Shown: positions 26,821 to 41,388, counted from the first letter of the stretch. The stretch: DNA of 64,000 nucleotides from Eledone cirrhosa (GCA_964016885.1 OZ024760.1:6076001-6140000); one strand, 5' to 3'. Notes: generated by a model not told the origin, from the letters alone. Numbers and translations are program-made.

Positions 26821-29334
26821 GATGTATGTTGCTACTATTGTTTATGTTTGCTGTTGTTGTTATATGGTAATCAAAGTCATTGATTTTAAAGTCCATTTTA
26901 CCATTTTACCATTTTACCATTCTATTAAGTGTGAATTGTGTTGGCGTCACAGTCTACTCAGTTGATAAAAAAATGAGTACCAGCAATAGCTGGAGAGTTA
27001 ACCCCTGCAATGGACTAGCATCTAGGCCAGGTGGGAATATTTTCATAATAGGACTGGGATCTCTTTCTTTAAAAATGACCCAAGAAATATGTATGCGTGT
27101 ATATGATTGTATGTATGTGTGTATATGTTTGTATGTGTGTGTGTCCCTCCAACATGTGTATATGTTTGTATGTGTGTCTGTGCATCCCTATGTTTGTATG
27201 TGTGTCTGTGCATCCATATGTGTGTATGTTTGTGTTGTCTGCATCGAATGGTTTAAACTGAACTGCATTTGTTTCACAGCTTTAACTCTTTCGTGACCAT
27301 ATTTCTAATGAATTACACCATATTTCAATTATTTAATTAGTTAATTAATGAAGAATTTCGAGAGAGATTCACTGAAATCATTAATTATTTCATTACTAAG
27401 ATAGTAATTTAACATATGGTTCTTATATCAAAATATGTAGAATGATTTTAATTTAAATAGGAACCATTTAACCCTTTTGTGTCTGTATTTTTAATGAAAT
27501 ACACTTTATTTTATTTAATTAATCAATTAATGAAGAATTTTGAAACATTCACTAAAATTGTTACCAGTAATGCACTGGGTTATTGCTGTCCTTGTGCCTA
27601 AAGTAGAAACAATTATTAATATAGTAAAATGGCAGTGGATTGGCAGTATTGGTAGAGGGTCGGACACCATGCTTTGGCGTATAGAGTTATGGCCCTTGCT
27701 TTTCTGAGTTCAAATCCTGCCAAGATTAACTTTGCCTTTGATCCTTACGGGGTCGATAAAATAAAGTACCAGTAATGCACTGAGTAATTGCTGGCCTTGT
27801 GCCTAACGTAGAAACAATTATTAATATAGTAACTTAATATATAAAATTATATTGGCATATTTTAATGTCAATAGGAACCCATTAAAATGTGTGGTTCTGT
27901 TTCATAAACCCAAGACCAATTTTGGCTAGGTTCCCATCAGAAAGGGTAAAATGTGTCTTTATTTTGATAATGTCTCGGGAAAGAATCGCAGGGCAGATTT
28001 TACGGGCAAAACGAACAGATAGGAGACCCAGGAGTAGATACCGAGCAAGATGGTTGGATAACATCCATGAAACTTGGCTGGTCATGCTTGGGGATCCAGT
28101 TGGATCAGTTTGGAGACAGTTGCTTCTGACAGGACCTGTTGGAAGGTGTGTTTAAGGACTCTGACCCCCTCCCTGTAATAGGTGGACATCGAAGATGTGA
28201 TAGCCACTGTAAAGTGGTAGTGCTAGTGCCACAGCAAAAAGCACCCAGTCCCCACCGTGAGGCGGTAGTGCTGGTACCACCATAAAAAGCATATGTAAGG
28301 CAACAGTGCAAGAGTCACAATAAAAAATTAAATTCCCAGTACACGCTGTAAAGTGGTTGGCATTAGGAAGGGCATCCATCCATGGAAACCCAGCCACCCA
28401 AAACGTGGTCACCTGGCGTGTCTGGTGACAACCTGTCTAACCCATAGTACGTGACAACCTGTCTAACCCATCTGTAAATGGAAAATAGACATTAAACGGT
28501 GATGGTGATGATGATATTGATATTGATGATGATATTGATGATGATGATGATTATCTAGGCACTTCTTAGCTAAAAACTCCCAAAGCCATAATGAATATTA
28601 GCTCTTCATATGTATTATAATTGGTGTTAACAAGAAGTAAAGGTAGTAGCTAGCAGCTACCTACCAATATTCTCTATTAGTTGACATACATTATAACAAT
28701 TGATTGGCAGACTTAGTAGATTGTCAGACACCATGTTTTGCAGCAGAGAGTTTACGGCTCTGCATTTTGAGTCCAAATTCTGCCATGATTAGCTTTGTCT
28801 TTCATCCTTAAGGGCCCGATAAAATAAAGTACCAGTCACGCACTGGGGTTGATTTAATTTACTTTCTCCTCCCCCCCAAAATTGCTGGCCTTATGTGTAA
28901 GCTAGAAACCATTATCATAAACTGAAAAGATACTATCTTAGCAGTTTAATTTTCTCTGTAGCTGTCTTCTGGAAAATTCCGAGATTTTCTTTATATTGTT
29001 TTTTTAAAAAATTTTTTTAATTTTCTTTCCACATATATATTATTGTTGACAACTGAGAGAGGGCATTTGCTCTAGCAGTCAAGGTTACCGTGGCCTTTAA
29101 TGGGCTTTCTTTACAAATGACCCTCGGAGATATCCCCCCCAACTTGGGGGGGAATTTGTTATGTTTTGATTTTTGAAATGTTTATTTTTTTAGTCTTCTT
29201 TATAAACCTTTCTCTCATCCCCCCAACCCCTCACACACTCTACCATCCTGTACCATCCTATACCGTCCTCTCAATGTAAGCCCTGTATGGTTAATAAAGA
29301 AACCCTTATTATTAAGGGGATTGACAGCATCAAT

Positions 29335-30285
29335 AGAGTTTCGACCACATACTTTGAGGTCTATAGTTAAAGTTCTTTATGTTCTGAGTTCAAATCCTGT
29401 CGAGGTCAGCTTTATTTTTCATCTTTACGGGGTTGATAAAATAAAGTATCAATAACAAACTGGGGTTATGTAATCGACTTCCCCTTCCCTTCAAATTGCT
29501 GGCCTTGTGCTTAAATCATAAACTATTATTATTTACGATCTGAGTTCAAATCCCGCCGAGGTTGACTTTGCCTTTCATCCTTACGGGGTCGATAAAATAA
29601 AGTACCAGTAATACACTGGGTAATTGCTGGCCTTGTGCCTAAAGTAGAAACAATTATTATTATTATAGCAGTGGATTGGCAGCATCAGTTGAGCATCGGA
29701 CACAATGCATTGCAGCATAGAGTTACGACCCATTACTTTCTGATTTCAAATCCTGCCGAGGTTAGCTTTGCCTTTCATCCTTATGGGCTGATAAAATAAA
29801 GTACCAGTAACTCACTGGGGTCGGTTGAATCGACTTTCCCCTCCCCCCCAAAAATTGTTTGCCTTGTGCCTTAATCAGAAACCATTATCATTGTTATTAG
29901 GCAGTATCGGTGGAGCATCAGACACCATGCTTTGCAGCATAGAGTTATGGCCCTTTAGGTTCTGGGTTCAAATCCCGCCGAGGTTAACTTTGCCTTTCAT
30001 CCTTACGGGGGTTCATAAAATAAGGTACCAGTAACGCACTGAGATAATTGCTGGCCTTGTACCAAAAAGTAGAAACAATTATTATTATTTTTATGGATTG
30101 GCAGTATCGGTAGAGGGTCGGACGCCATGCTTTCCAGCATAGAGTTACGTCCCTTTATGATCTGAGTTCAAATCCCGCCGAGGTTGACTTTGCCTTTCAT
30201 CCTTACGGGGGTCGATAAAATAAAGTACCAGTAATGCACTGGCATAATTGCTGGCCTTGTGCCAAAAGTAGAAACAATTATTATT
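29335..30285 (+). mobile_element. Head-to-tail cluster of five Meta-like SINE copies
   Basis: Five repeats of ttctgagttcaaatcccgccgaggttgactttgcctttcatccttacggggtcgataaaataaagtaccagt...gaaacaattattatt. Confidence 0.85.
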
Positions 30286-30361
30286 TTTATCGCCACGAGT
30301 AACCCTCGGAGGTTTCCCCCCTATTGGGGAATTTTTCATTGTTTCAATTTTCATTTTTATT

Positions 30362-30418
<57 letters not shown>

Positions 30419-31487
30419 TCTATGTCTTTTTTTTCTTTTCTTAGATAAATAATAAAAATCTTTACACGCACAAAACCCACATCGTACCGTCCTGTGCCGG
30501 CTGTAATGTGTTTCTTGATGTCAGCCCTTGTGGCCAATAAAGAAATTATTATTATTATTATTATTATTATCTATATTTCTATATTTCACGGTAGGGCATC
30601 TATTGTATGAATTTCATATCGATATCAATTTTTCTCCGATTTTTTTAAATTTATTTATTTATTTGTTTGTTTATTTGTTTATTTTTTAAGTTGTTATTAT
30701 TTTGTTTGTGTTTTAGTGCTGCTGTTGTTGTTGTATATTGTTGTTGTTGTTGTTGTGTGTTTTCAGTTGTGAAACTCACAAAAGGTTATCAAAAGATCAA
30801 TAGAAAAATTAAGAGCTGTGTTACCTCAAGCTGTCTGAATTCCTGGGAAAAAAATTGTTACCGTTGTTGTTGTTGTTGTTGTTACTGTTGTTGTTGTTAT
30901 CATTATTGCTGTTATTATAACTGTTATTATTATTGTTGTTATTACTGTTTTTTGCCTGTTGTTGTAAAAAAAAAAAAAAAAAAAAAAAATAATAATAATT
31001 ATGATAAAGATAATGATAATAATAATAATAATAATACTTTCTTTATTAACCACAAGACAATAATAATTATTATTGTTATTATTATTGGAGGATTTAATGA
31101 TCATGAAGAACAGGAACAAGTGAAATAACAACAACAACAGCATCGATAATAGTAATGATGATGATAATAATGGTGATGTTAATAAAGGCAAAAAGACATA
31201 ATAAATAAAAGATTATAATGGGGGTGGGCTCGACGTAAAGGCCATTGGGGTGTCCAATAAAAGAGTTATTGATCTCTTCAAAGATTTCTTTTATACATCT
31301 GCCATTGTATATTGTATGCATGGTTAGCCTAATTGATGATGTGCTTTCGGTTTGGCAGGTATATATACATACATACACGCACACAGACTTATATACACAT
31401 ATATATATATATATACACCCACCGACTTATATATATATATATATATATCCACTGAAGCACACACGTGTGTGTATATATATGTGTGTA

Positions 31488-31554
<67 letters not shown>

Positions 31555-31669
31555 GTGAGTGTGTGTGTGTATATGTGTGTGTGTGTGTATATGTGTGTGT
31601 ATATATGTGTGTGTGTGTGTATATATATGTGTGTGTGTGTATATATATATGTGTGTGTGTATATATATA

Positions 31670-31712
<43 letters not shown>

Positions 31713-32689
31713 TTATGTGTGTAAGTATATATATATATATATATATGTATATGTGTGTATATGTGTGTGGGTGTGTGTATATAAATGTGTGTGAGTGTGT
31801 ATATATATATGTATTGAGTGTATATATATGTGCATGTATATATATATATATATATAATGTATGTGTGAGTGTATATATATATATATATATATATAATGTG
31901 TGTGTGAGTGTATATATATGTATATGTATATGTGTGAGTGTATATATATATAATATGTGTGTATACATATATGGATGTGTGTTAGTATTTATTTCAGTTT
32001 AAATTTTATGGTTTAATTTATTTTTTACAACTGTTGTAGTGTGTCTCTTGTGGCAATTTAGATTTTATAACTTTTAAAAAATATATAAAACTAAAATGAA
32101 AAAAAAAATGAATAAATAAAATAATAAATAATAAATTAATTAATAAATAGAAAAAAAAATGTTTAAATAAAAAATTAGTTGAAGTATCATACTTCGGTGA
32201 TAATAATAATAATTGTTTCTACTTTAGGCACAAGGCCAGTAATTTTGGGGAAGGGGAAAGTTAATTAAATCGCCCCCAGTGCGTGACTGGTACTTAATTT
32301 TATCGACCCCGTAAGGGTGAAAGGCAAAGTTAACCTCGGCGGGATTTGAACTCAGAACGTAAAGGGCCGTAACTCTATGTCGCAAAGTATGGTGTCTGAT
32401 GCTCTACCGATACTGCCAATCTACCGCCCTAATACTGCCAATAATAATAATAATAATTTCTTTATTATTGGCCTCAAGGGCCGAACATAGAGGACAATAT
32501 AAAGATGGGGATAGTAGGGGTTTATATGCAATTGTGTAAAAAAAAATGAACAAACACAATTAACAAAAAAAAAAAAAAAATCAGCATTAAGGGGGTTTCC
32601 ACCCAAGGGTGACGTTAGGAACCCAACAAAGGACCCTAGGAGGGAACCCCTGATAAGGACAATAATGATAATGACAATAATAGTAATGT

Positions 32690-33120
32690 TTTCTTTATTA
32701 ACCACAAGGGTTGACACAAAGTGTAACATTAAGGACAGCACAGGACAGCACAGGAAGGTACAGGACGGTACAAATGGACATTTCTGTGTGTAAAAACAAA
32801 TACATAAAACAAAAACAAAGGATGTAACAAAAAAAAAAAAATGAAGCAAAGGAAAATTCCCCAATAGGGGTGAAACCTCCAAGAGTCATTCATGGAGAAA
32901 GCCCATTAGAAAAGCCACGGTGAACCTGACCACCAGGACAAGTGCCTTCTCCCAATTTCCCACCTCCAATCTTCAGGCATATACTCAGAGCAGGCCCATT
33001 CACTCGAGCCATGCTCGCCTCTCTCACTCATCTTTCAACAAAATGGTGGGAAAGGAGCACTTCCCTGATTTTCCTTTTCAAATGAAATTTGAAAAAGTTA
33101 ATCAGGCCATCACCGAAGAG
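32690..33120 (-). mobile_element. LINE 3' end, probably Tx1/L1-like
   Basis: Minus strand reads LFGDGLINFFKFHLKRKIREVLLSHHFVER*VREASMARV, then a UTR ending cccttgtggttaataaagaaa. UTR relatives lie at ~29040-29312(+), ~30290-30570(+) and ~32445-32660(-). The clade assignment is from memory only. Confidence 0.5.
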
Positions 33121-33297
33121 GTATGATAATTGAAGACTTTCAAATTATATGAATAATTTTGATAAATATTTCATAAAACTGCTTAGTTGAAAGAAATAGA
33201 GAACTGGAGTTCTGTTCTTTCATCTCTCATTTGTTGAAAACCTATTTCTTGGTATATCTTGTGAATGTGTGCGTGTGTGTGTGTTTGTTTGTTTGTT

Positions 33298-33760
33298 ATC
33301 AACACCACCACCACCACCTTTACTATCACCATTATCACCACCACCATCAATGCCAACACCATTATCACCACCACCATCAATGCCAACACCATTATCACCA
33401 CCACCATCAATGCCAACACCATTATCACCACCACCATCAATGCCAACACCATGACTACTATTGCCACCACCACCACCACCTTTACTATCACCATTATCAC
33501 CACCACCATCAATGCCAACACCATGACTACTATTGCCACCACCACCACCACCTTTACTATCACCATTATCACCACCACCACCACCATCAATGCCAACACC
33601 ACGACTACTATTGCCACCACCACCACCACCACCACCACCACTATCAACACCACCACCACCATCAATGCCAACACCATGACTACTATTGCCACCACCACCA
33701 CCACCACCACCACCACCACCACCACCACCACCACCACCACCAACACCACCACTAACACAA
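33298..33760. repeat. (ACC)n-based repeat with 30-bp subunits (accattatcaccaccaccatcaatgccaac)
   Basis: Read directly. Confidence 0.9.
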
Positions 33761-33769
33761 TCATATAGT

Positions 33770-34892
33770 TGTGGGTTCAATCCCTGGATTGGACGATGCA
33801 TCATGTTCTTGAGCAAGGCACTTCATTTCATGTTGCTTATAATGATATGACTGGGCCTCCTATATTTAAAATACCCAAGAAAGCTATCAAATATGACCAC
33901 ATATGAGGTCTGCTAAACCTACATAGGTGTGAAATGTAACTGTTTCTACTTTAGGCACAAGGCCAGCAATGGACCAGTGCATTACTGGTACTTTATTTTA
34001 TCGACCCCGTAAGGATGAAAGGCAAAGTCAACCTCGGCGGGATTTGAACTCAGATCGTAAAGGGACGTAACTATTTCACTTAGGTGTGAAATGTAACATC
34101 AACATGATAGGACTGGGGACTCCTATCATTCAAACTCTCGAAACCTCTTATGAGATGTAACCTTGAAGGAGGTCAGCTAAATTTACATAGGAGGCCCAGT
34201 CTTATCTCACACCTATCAAGAATACTCGAGAAACCTTCAATGAGATGCAACCTCGTAAGAGGCCACCTAAACCTACATGGTTGTGGGCTGTAACGATAAC
34301 AGGATAGAAGTGGAACCCTTATCTTTAAAACACTCAAGAAACCTCCTATGAGATACAACCACATACGAAGCCAGCTAAACCTACATGGCTGTGTGATGTA
34401 ACCTTATTGGAGACCAGCTAAATTTACATAGCTGTAAGATGTAACAAAAACATGATAGGACTGGGGCCCTTATTAAAATACTGAAGAAACCTCCTATGAG
34501 ATGTAATTACATGGGAGTCTAGATAAATCTACATAGGTGAGAGCTGTAACAACATGATAGGACTGGGGTCTCCTATCATTAAAACACCCAATAAGCCTCC
34601 TATGAGATATGACAAGATAGGAGACCAGATAAACCTACATAGGAAGCCAGGTAAACCTACACAGGTATGTGATGTAATCTCGTTAGAGGCCAGGTAAACC
34701 TACATAGGTATGTGATGTAATCTCATTAGAGGCCAGGTAAACCTACACAGGTATGTGATGTAATCTCATTAGAGGCCAGGTAAACCTACATAGGTGTGTG
34801 ATGTAATCTTGTAGAAGGCCAGGTAAACCTACATAGGTGTGAGGTGTAATCTTGTAGAAGGCCAGGTAAACCTACATAGGTGTGAGCTGTAA
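33770..34892 (+). repeat. Decayed SINE whose tail is amplified as ~120-bp units, then 43-bp units (gccaggtaaacctacataggtatgtgatgtaatctcattagag)
   Basis: A B box and core lie at 33770-33835. The atgataggactgggg...cctatcatt motif, shared with the 3574 SINE, recurs. About six 43-bp units lie at 34645-34892. Confidence 0.7.
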
Positions 34893-36480
34893 CATATCAT
34901 TTCATAACGAGTCTCTCTCTAGGTTGTAGAGAAACTTTAATTATATTACTTTAAAATATAAAACATAACTTATCATTTTAAGTGGTTGTAGTTGTGTAAT
35001 ATTCCATGGAACCCCCCTCCCCCCACCTATCCTAAAAAAGATTATTTTTCTCATCTTCAATTGAAGTGCCTGCTATGCAGTTGATAGATTTGTTCTTTTT
35101 TACATGTTTTATATCTGTTTTGTATATCTATTTTTTCTAAATTCCTTTTTTCCCCTATCAATAATGATATAATTATTATTGTTATTGTTTGTAAAAACTC
35201 TTCTACATAATAGTTTTATCTCGGTTATCATAATGGACTACACTTTAAAATGAAAAATAAAAATGAGAAAAAATATACGTTATATATTTTTTCTCTTATT
35301 TTTCCTGAACTTTGTGAGATTTAGCAAATTACTAGAAATAAGCGTGTTTCAGACAAATAAATAAATATGTTTTTCAACATACAGAGTGGGCCGTTTAAGT
35401 ATAAGCCATTACAAAAATATATATCTTTCTGTATATCTTTGATGAAACCGTACACTATTTTTGCATGATAAAGGTATATATACTTTTAAATATTTTTTTT
35501 TTGTATAATTCTATTTCTACTGTTTGTTATGATCCATTTATTCCATTCAACCCAACAACCCAACAAATGTGTTTGTCTTTTTCAGTCATAGAATAAATCC
35601 ATAGTGGATATTTTGAAAAATAAATATATATCTTATACATAATAATTGGAAAACTGCGAGACTGTGTCCTCTTTATATTTTTTTATCATGTCATTAAAAT
35701 AAGTTTGATTACTTTGAATAAATCATGAATGAATATTATATCCCGCCGAGGTTGACTTTGCCTTTCATCCTTACGGGGTCGATAAAATAAAGTACCAGTA
35801 ATGCACTGGGTAATTGCTGGCCTTGTGCCAAAAGTAGAAACAATTATATTATAGGATTGGCAGTATGGGTAGAGGGTCGGACGCCATGCTTTGACGTATA
35901 GAGTTATGGCCCTGCTATTCTGAGTTCAAATCCCGCCGAGGTTAACTTTGCCTTTCATCCTTCCGGGGTCGATAGAATAAAGTACCAGTAATGCACTGGG
36001 TAATTGCTGGCCTTGTGCCAAAAGTAGAAACAATTATATCATAACGTTTATGTTTCCTTTGCTAATCTCATTTTCTCCTTTTCCATTTTCATAACATTTC
36101 ACTGTAATGCAGTTTATATATAATATCGTCTTTTTTAAATGGATTACTTTACTGATTGATTACAGAAGAGAGTGTAACACAGTCTCTCTTCAATTTCTGT
36201 ACATATTCTCAATTTACTTTACATTTGACGTATCATATACACATGCTAGTAGAAAACCACTCGAACGGTGGTTTTTCTGCTAGTATATGTAAAAATAAGG
36301 AAATAATATTGTTATATTTGGGGAGGGCCATCTTGTCCTAGTATTGCCAAAAGTAATAAAACACACTCACTGTTTGCTTTGGTTTTCGCTTCAGTATATT
36401 TTATATTTTCATAAATAATTCAGCTGGCAATCAATGTTTATCATTGATTGACCAACAGTTAAAAATATAAACATAATTTC

Positions 36481-36522
36481 TCAAAGTTCTTTCGTCACAC
36501 ATATCTGTGACATCTTCAGTGA
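36481..36522 (-). ncRNA. Type I hammerhead ribozyme motif (family C, diverged copy)
   Basis: Minus strand reads tca-CTGAAGA-t-gtcaca-gatatg-tgtgac-GAAA-gaac-TT-tga. It keeps the same stem II arms as 9484-9528 with a different loop. Confidence 0.65.
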
Positions 36523-36977
36523 TTATCACTCTTTTCTCCCATTGTGTTTCTATGATGTTATAAATAAGAAAATAATTGTTTCTACTTTAGGCACAAGGCC
36601 AGCAAATTACCCAGTGCATTACTGGTACTTTATTTTATCGACCCCGTAAGGATGAAAGGCAAAGTCAACCTCGGCGGGATTTGAACTCAGATCGTAAAGG
36701 GACGTAACTATGCTGGAAAGCATGGCGTCCGACCATAAGAAAATAATGCTAATGAGAAATAAACTTCTTCTTCACCCATTTATTCCTTTCCTGGGAGGGT
36801 CCAAGAGGGCAGAGCCCTCAAACACTCCTTCCAGTGGGTCCTGTTTGAGGTAACTGTCACCAGCTGATCTGGCTGGATTCCCAAGTGAGACCAGCCAAGC
36901 TCATGGATGTTATCCTGGGTGGTTTGTGGAGGTAGGGTGGGGTGGGAGGACAGAGTCCTCAAACACTCCTTCTAGTT

Positions 36978-38640
36978 GGTGGTGGTGGTGGTGATAGTGG
37001 TAATGATGATGATTATGGTGGTGATGGTGGGGAAGACGATGATGACGACGATGATGATGATGATGATGATGATGGGGATGGTGATGAAGATGGTGGTGGT
37101 GAAGATGATAATAATGATGGTGGTGGCGGTGAAGATGATGGTGGTGGCGGCGGTGAAGATGATGATGGTGATGGTGGTTATGATGGTGATGATGGTGGCG
37201 GCGGTGAAGATGATGATAGCGGTTAATGATGATGATGGTGATGGTGGTGGTGGTGATGGTGGTCGTGAAGATGATGATAGCGGTTAATGATGGTGATGGT
37301 GGTTGTGTTGAAGATGATGGTGATGGTGATGGCTGCAAAGATGATGATGATGATGATAATCCATCCATGGGCGTTTAAACACAACAACAACAACAACACC
37401 ACAAATGTAAAGCTAATTAGTACTCCAGAGATAATGAGGCAAATATTCTGACATATCTTAGTAAATGTAATTAACTGCATGAATATATTATAGAGAAGAT
37501 GGTGGCATTGGCTTGGGTTGCAGAATATCTGATGGAAAGCAGCACCACCACCACCATCACCACCACCATCACCACCACCATCACCATCATCATCACCATC
37601 ATCATCGCCATCATCACCATCACCACCATCACCATCACCATCACCATCATCATCGCCATCATCATCATCACCATCACCATCACCATCACAACCACCATCA
37701 CCACCACCACCACCACCACCACCACCACCATCACCACCATAATCACCATCACCACCACCATCATCATCACCATCACCATCACCATCACAACCACCATCAC
37801 AACCACCATCACCACAACCATCACCATCACAATCACCATCACAACCATCACCATAATCATCATCACCACCATCACCATCACAACCGCCATCATAACCACC
37901 ATCACCACCACCATCACCATCATCTTCACTGCCACCACCATCACCACCACAACCACCACCACCACCACCACCACAACCACCACCACAACCACCACCACAA
38001 CCACCACCACCACCACCATCACCATCACTGCCACCACCACCACCATCACCACCATCACCATCATAACCACCATCACCATCATCATTATCATCGTTACCAC
38101 CCCCATCTTCATCCCCATCACCAAGATCATCATCATCGCTGTCGTCATCATCATCATCATCGTTATTATCATAATTATCACTCATCATCACCATCATCAT
38201 AGTCATCATCATCATAGTCATCATCATCATCATCACCATCACTATTATCATTGGTCATGGTCGCCATCACCATCATCCTCACTATCATAACCAACCACCA
38301 TCACCACCATCATCACCACCATCATCACCGTCACCACCACCACCACCACCACCACCATCACCACCGTCACCACCATTATCACCACCACCACCATCACCAC
38401 CACCATCATCATCATGGTCGCCATTACCGCCGTTATCACCACCACCATCATCATCATCATCATGATCACCACCGCCATCATCACCGCTGTCATCACTGCC
38501 ATCCCCACCGCCAACATCACCACTGTCATTACCATCACAATCATCATCATCATTATCACCACCGCTATCATCCCCACCGCCAACATCACCACTGTCATTA
38601 CCATCACAATCATCACCATCATCATTATCACCCTCAACAT
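36978..38640. repeat. (GAT/GGT)n block and a longer opposite-strand (CAT/CAC)n block
   Basis: Read directly. The two blocks are separated by ~170 bp of unique sequence. Confidence 0.9.
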
Positions 38641-38713
38641 CTATTTCCATATTCCTCACAGCTAGCTTTTATTCAATTAAACAGGTTATTGCCTTCAGCC
38701 CCCCCCTCCACAT

Positions 38714-38773
<60 letters not shown>

Positions 38774-38863
38774 GCTGTTGAAATTAAAATATTCTGCTAC
38801 TTGTAACTACAAATAAAAAATTAATATCCAAATTACATTTCATTTTTGTTTACAATATAAATT

Positions 38864-38925
<62 letters not shown>

Positions 38926-39318
38926 CATCATCATCATCATCGTTTAACGTCCATATTCCACGCTTGCCATATTCCACGTTTGGACGGGAGTTTTCCCACT
39001 TGAGGCAAGAGTGGTTGTCTTGCTCGTATAGGACTGTCTGGCGGGTTTTCTACGGCTGGATGCCCTTCCTAACACCAACCACATTTACAGTGTGGAACTG
39101 GGAGGTTTTTACCATGTTACCTACACGGCCACATTACAGCGTGGCCTGTGTGTTTTTTTTGTCGTGACACCTACACGACCTCATTTGTTTCGTCCTGGAT
39201 GTTGTGGTACCAACATAACTTTACATTGAAAGGGGCGGTGTGGATGGGGTGGGGGTAGTGGGACGGGGGTGTATTTTGTTAGAAGTGCCTACTGACTGTA
39301 GTAGGTTTTACTTTGTAT

Positions 39319-40680
39319 TTAGGTAAGGCGGGTCTTCTCTATTACTGAGTACCGCCAAAGATCTCGGTCCAGTGACATTGTCTTGGAGAGGTGTAAGTGT
39401 GTGAGGTCGGAATTTATCAAGTTGTCCCAGGTTTTTCTGGGTCTGCCTACTTCGTGGCTACCGTCTATTTTTATTGCCCTGCACTTTTTTATACAGCTGT
39501 CGTCTTTCATGCGCATCACGTGACCATACCAACGTAGCCTTCTCTCGAGTAAACAACATCTGATCCCTCTTATTTTTAATTTTTCCCTTAGTTCGTTAAT
39601 GCTTTGCCGTTTACGTATATTACTATTACACATCCAGCGGAGCATGCAAGCTTCGTTCCTCTCTAGTCTGCGTATATCCTCTGCACACAATGCCCAGGTC
39701 TCACTGCCATGCAACATTGCTGTTCGTATGCAGGCATCATACAGCCTGCCTTTCATTTTTAGGGAGAACCCTTTAGCGGCTAATAGTGGTATAAGCTCTC
39801 TGAACTTTTTCCATCCAGTTCTGACTCTAGCTACTGTACTTTCAGAGCACCCTCCCCCACTGCTGATTTTGTCACCCAGGTAACGGAAGCTATCCACTAT
39901 TTCTATAGAACCCTCTGTGCAATTGAAAGAACTAGTATTTTGTGGGCACTTGCTGCTACTTATTGCACCAAAGCACCGGCCACATGTAAAATCTATGTTC
40001 TTAGTTAGCTTACCTGTGATCCCACTACATCTTTTATGCACCCATACTTTGCATTTGGGACATAAAATGGAGTTTCTACCTATGCCTTTCCTACACACTG
40101 AGCATGGCCATTTCCCGGATGGGACCGGCGCCCTATTTTCTTTCCTACAAACTAGAACTTTAGTCTTAGCCAGGTTAATTTTAAGGCCTTTTGATTCTAG
40201 GCCGTGCTTCCATGTTTGGAATTTCTTCTCTAGTTCGGCCATTGATTCAGCTATGAGCGTTAGATCATCTGCGTATAGGAGTTCCCATGGGCAGCCGGTC
40301 TTGAACTCCACTGTTATAGCCTGAAGGGCAATAATAAATAGTAGGGGGCTGAGAACGGAGCCCTGATGAACACCAACTTTTACGCTAAACTCTTCACTAT
40401 ATTTGTTGTTAATTCTAACCTTGCTGACTGTTTCTTTATACATTGCTTGTATAGCTCTCACAAGCCATTCATCAACACCTAGTTTTCTAAGAGCCCACCA
40501 GATAATGGAACGGGGGACTCTGTCGAAGGCTTTCTCCAAGTCAACAAAAGCTAAGTATAGGGGTTTACTTTTAGCTAGGTACTTCTCCTGTAGTTGTCGT
40601 ACAATGAAAAGAGCGTCTGTGGTACTTTTGCCTGACACAAACCCGAACTGCATTTCATCTAGATCAATTCTCTCTCTGAT
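39319..40680 (-). pseudogene. RTE-type reverse transcriptase, C-terminal ~450 aa open, with inserted PHD-type finger
   Basis: Motifs [42 protein letters not shown] and GRPRKTW. The C4HC3 motif lies at 39973-40104. The upstream part is broken by an insertion and a frameshift. Confidence 0.92.
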
Positions 40681-40932
40681 TCATCATCATCATCATCATC
40701 AACGTTTAACGTCCGTGTTCCACGCTTGCATGGGTTTGGACGGGGGTATTCCCACTTGAGGCAAGAGTGATTGTCTTGCTCGCATAGGACTGTCTGGCAG
40801 GTTTTCTACAGTTGGATGCCCTTCCTAACACCAACCACATTTACAGTGTGGGTCTGGGAGGTTTTTACCGTGTTGCCTACACGGCCACATTACAGCGTGG
40901 ACTGTGTGTTTTTTTGTCGTGACACCTACACG
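40681..40932 (-). mobile_element. Nested 3'-UTR fragment of the same LINE family inserted in its ORF
   Basis: Near-identical to 38923-39178. It splits the codons for AQL/IRERIDLDEMQ, with gatt on both sides. Confidence 0.85.
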
Positions 40933-41312
40933 ATTAGTTGCGCTATTACTTTTTCCGTGACCTTCATGACCTGGTAATTTAATGCCTCTACAGTTACTCC
41001 TATCTAGGGCATCTCCTTTACCCTTGTAACAGTTAATGATGATGCTGCTACGCCAGTCCTTCGGAACAACCCCACTCTGTATGACTTGGTTTACTATCCG
41101 GGTGACCATGGTGTGTCCCACCGTTCCAGAGGCTTTCAGCATCTCAGCAACTATTTCCGAAGGCCCAGCCGCCTCACCCGTCTTCATATCTTTGATTGCC
41201 TTACTCATTATACTACTTTCGACTAACACTGCTGGTCCCTCTATTGGGTCGATGTGGGGGAGACTGTCTTTCTCCCATTTATTCTCCTCATTTATATATA
41301 TATATAATATAT

Positions 41313-41388
<76 letters not shown>

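Larger units (their letters stand above)
38923..41291 (-). mobile_element. 5'-truncated RTE-clade LINE (family B) with ~400-bp 3' UTR and (ATG)n tail, between (TA)n tracts
   Basis: RT ORF pieces at 40930-41291 and 39319-40680. The 3' UTR recurs at 54001-54423, 58756-59205 and 40681-40932. Confidence 0.92.

Noticed and set aside
31260-31360. DEG/ENaC-like N-terminal F..F...HG motif (LFKDFFYTSAIVYCMHG)
   Set aside because: The spacing is wrong, a stop follows immediately, and no downstream transmembrane exon is recognisable.
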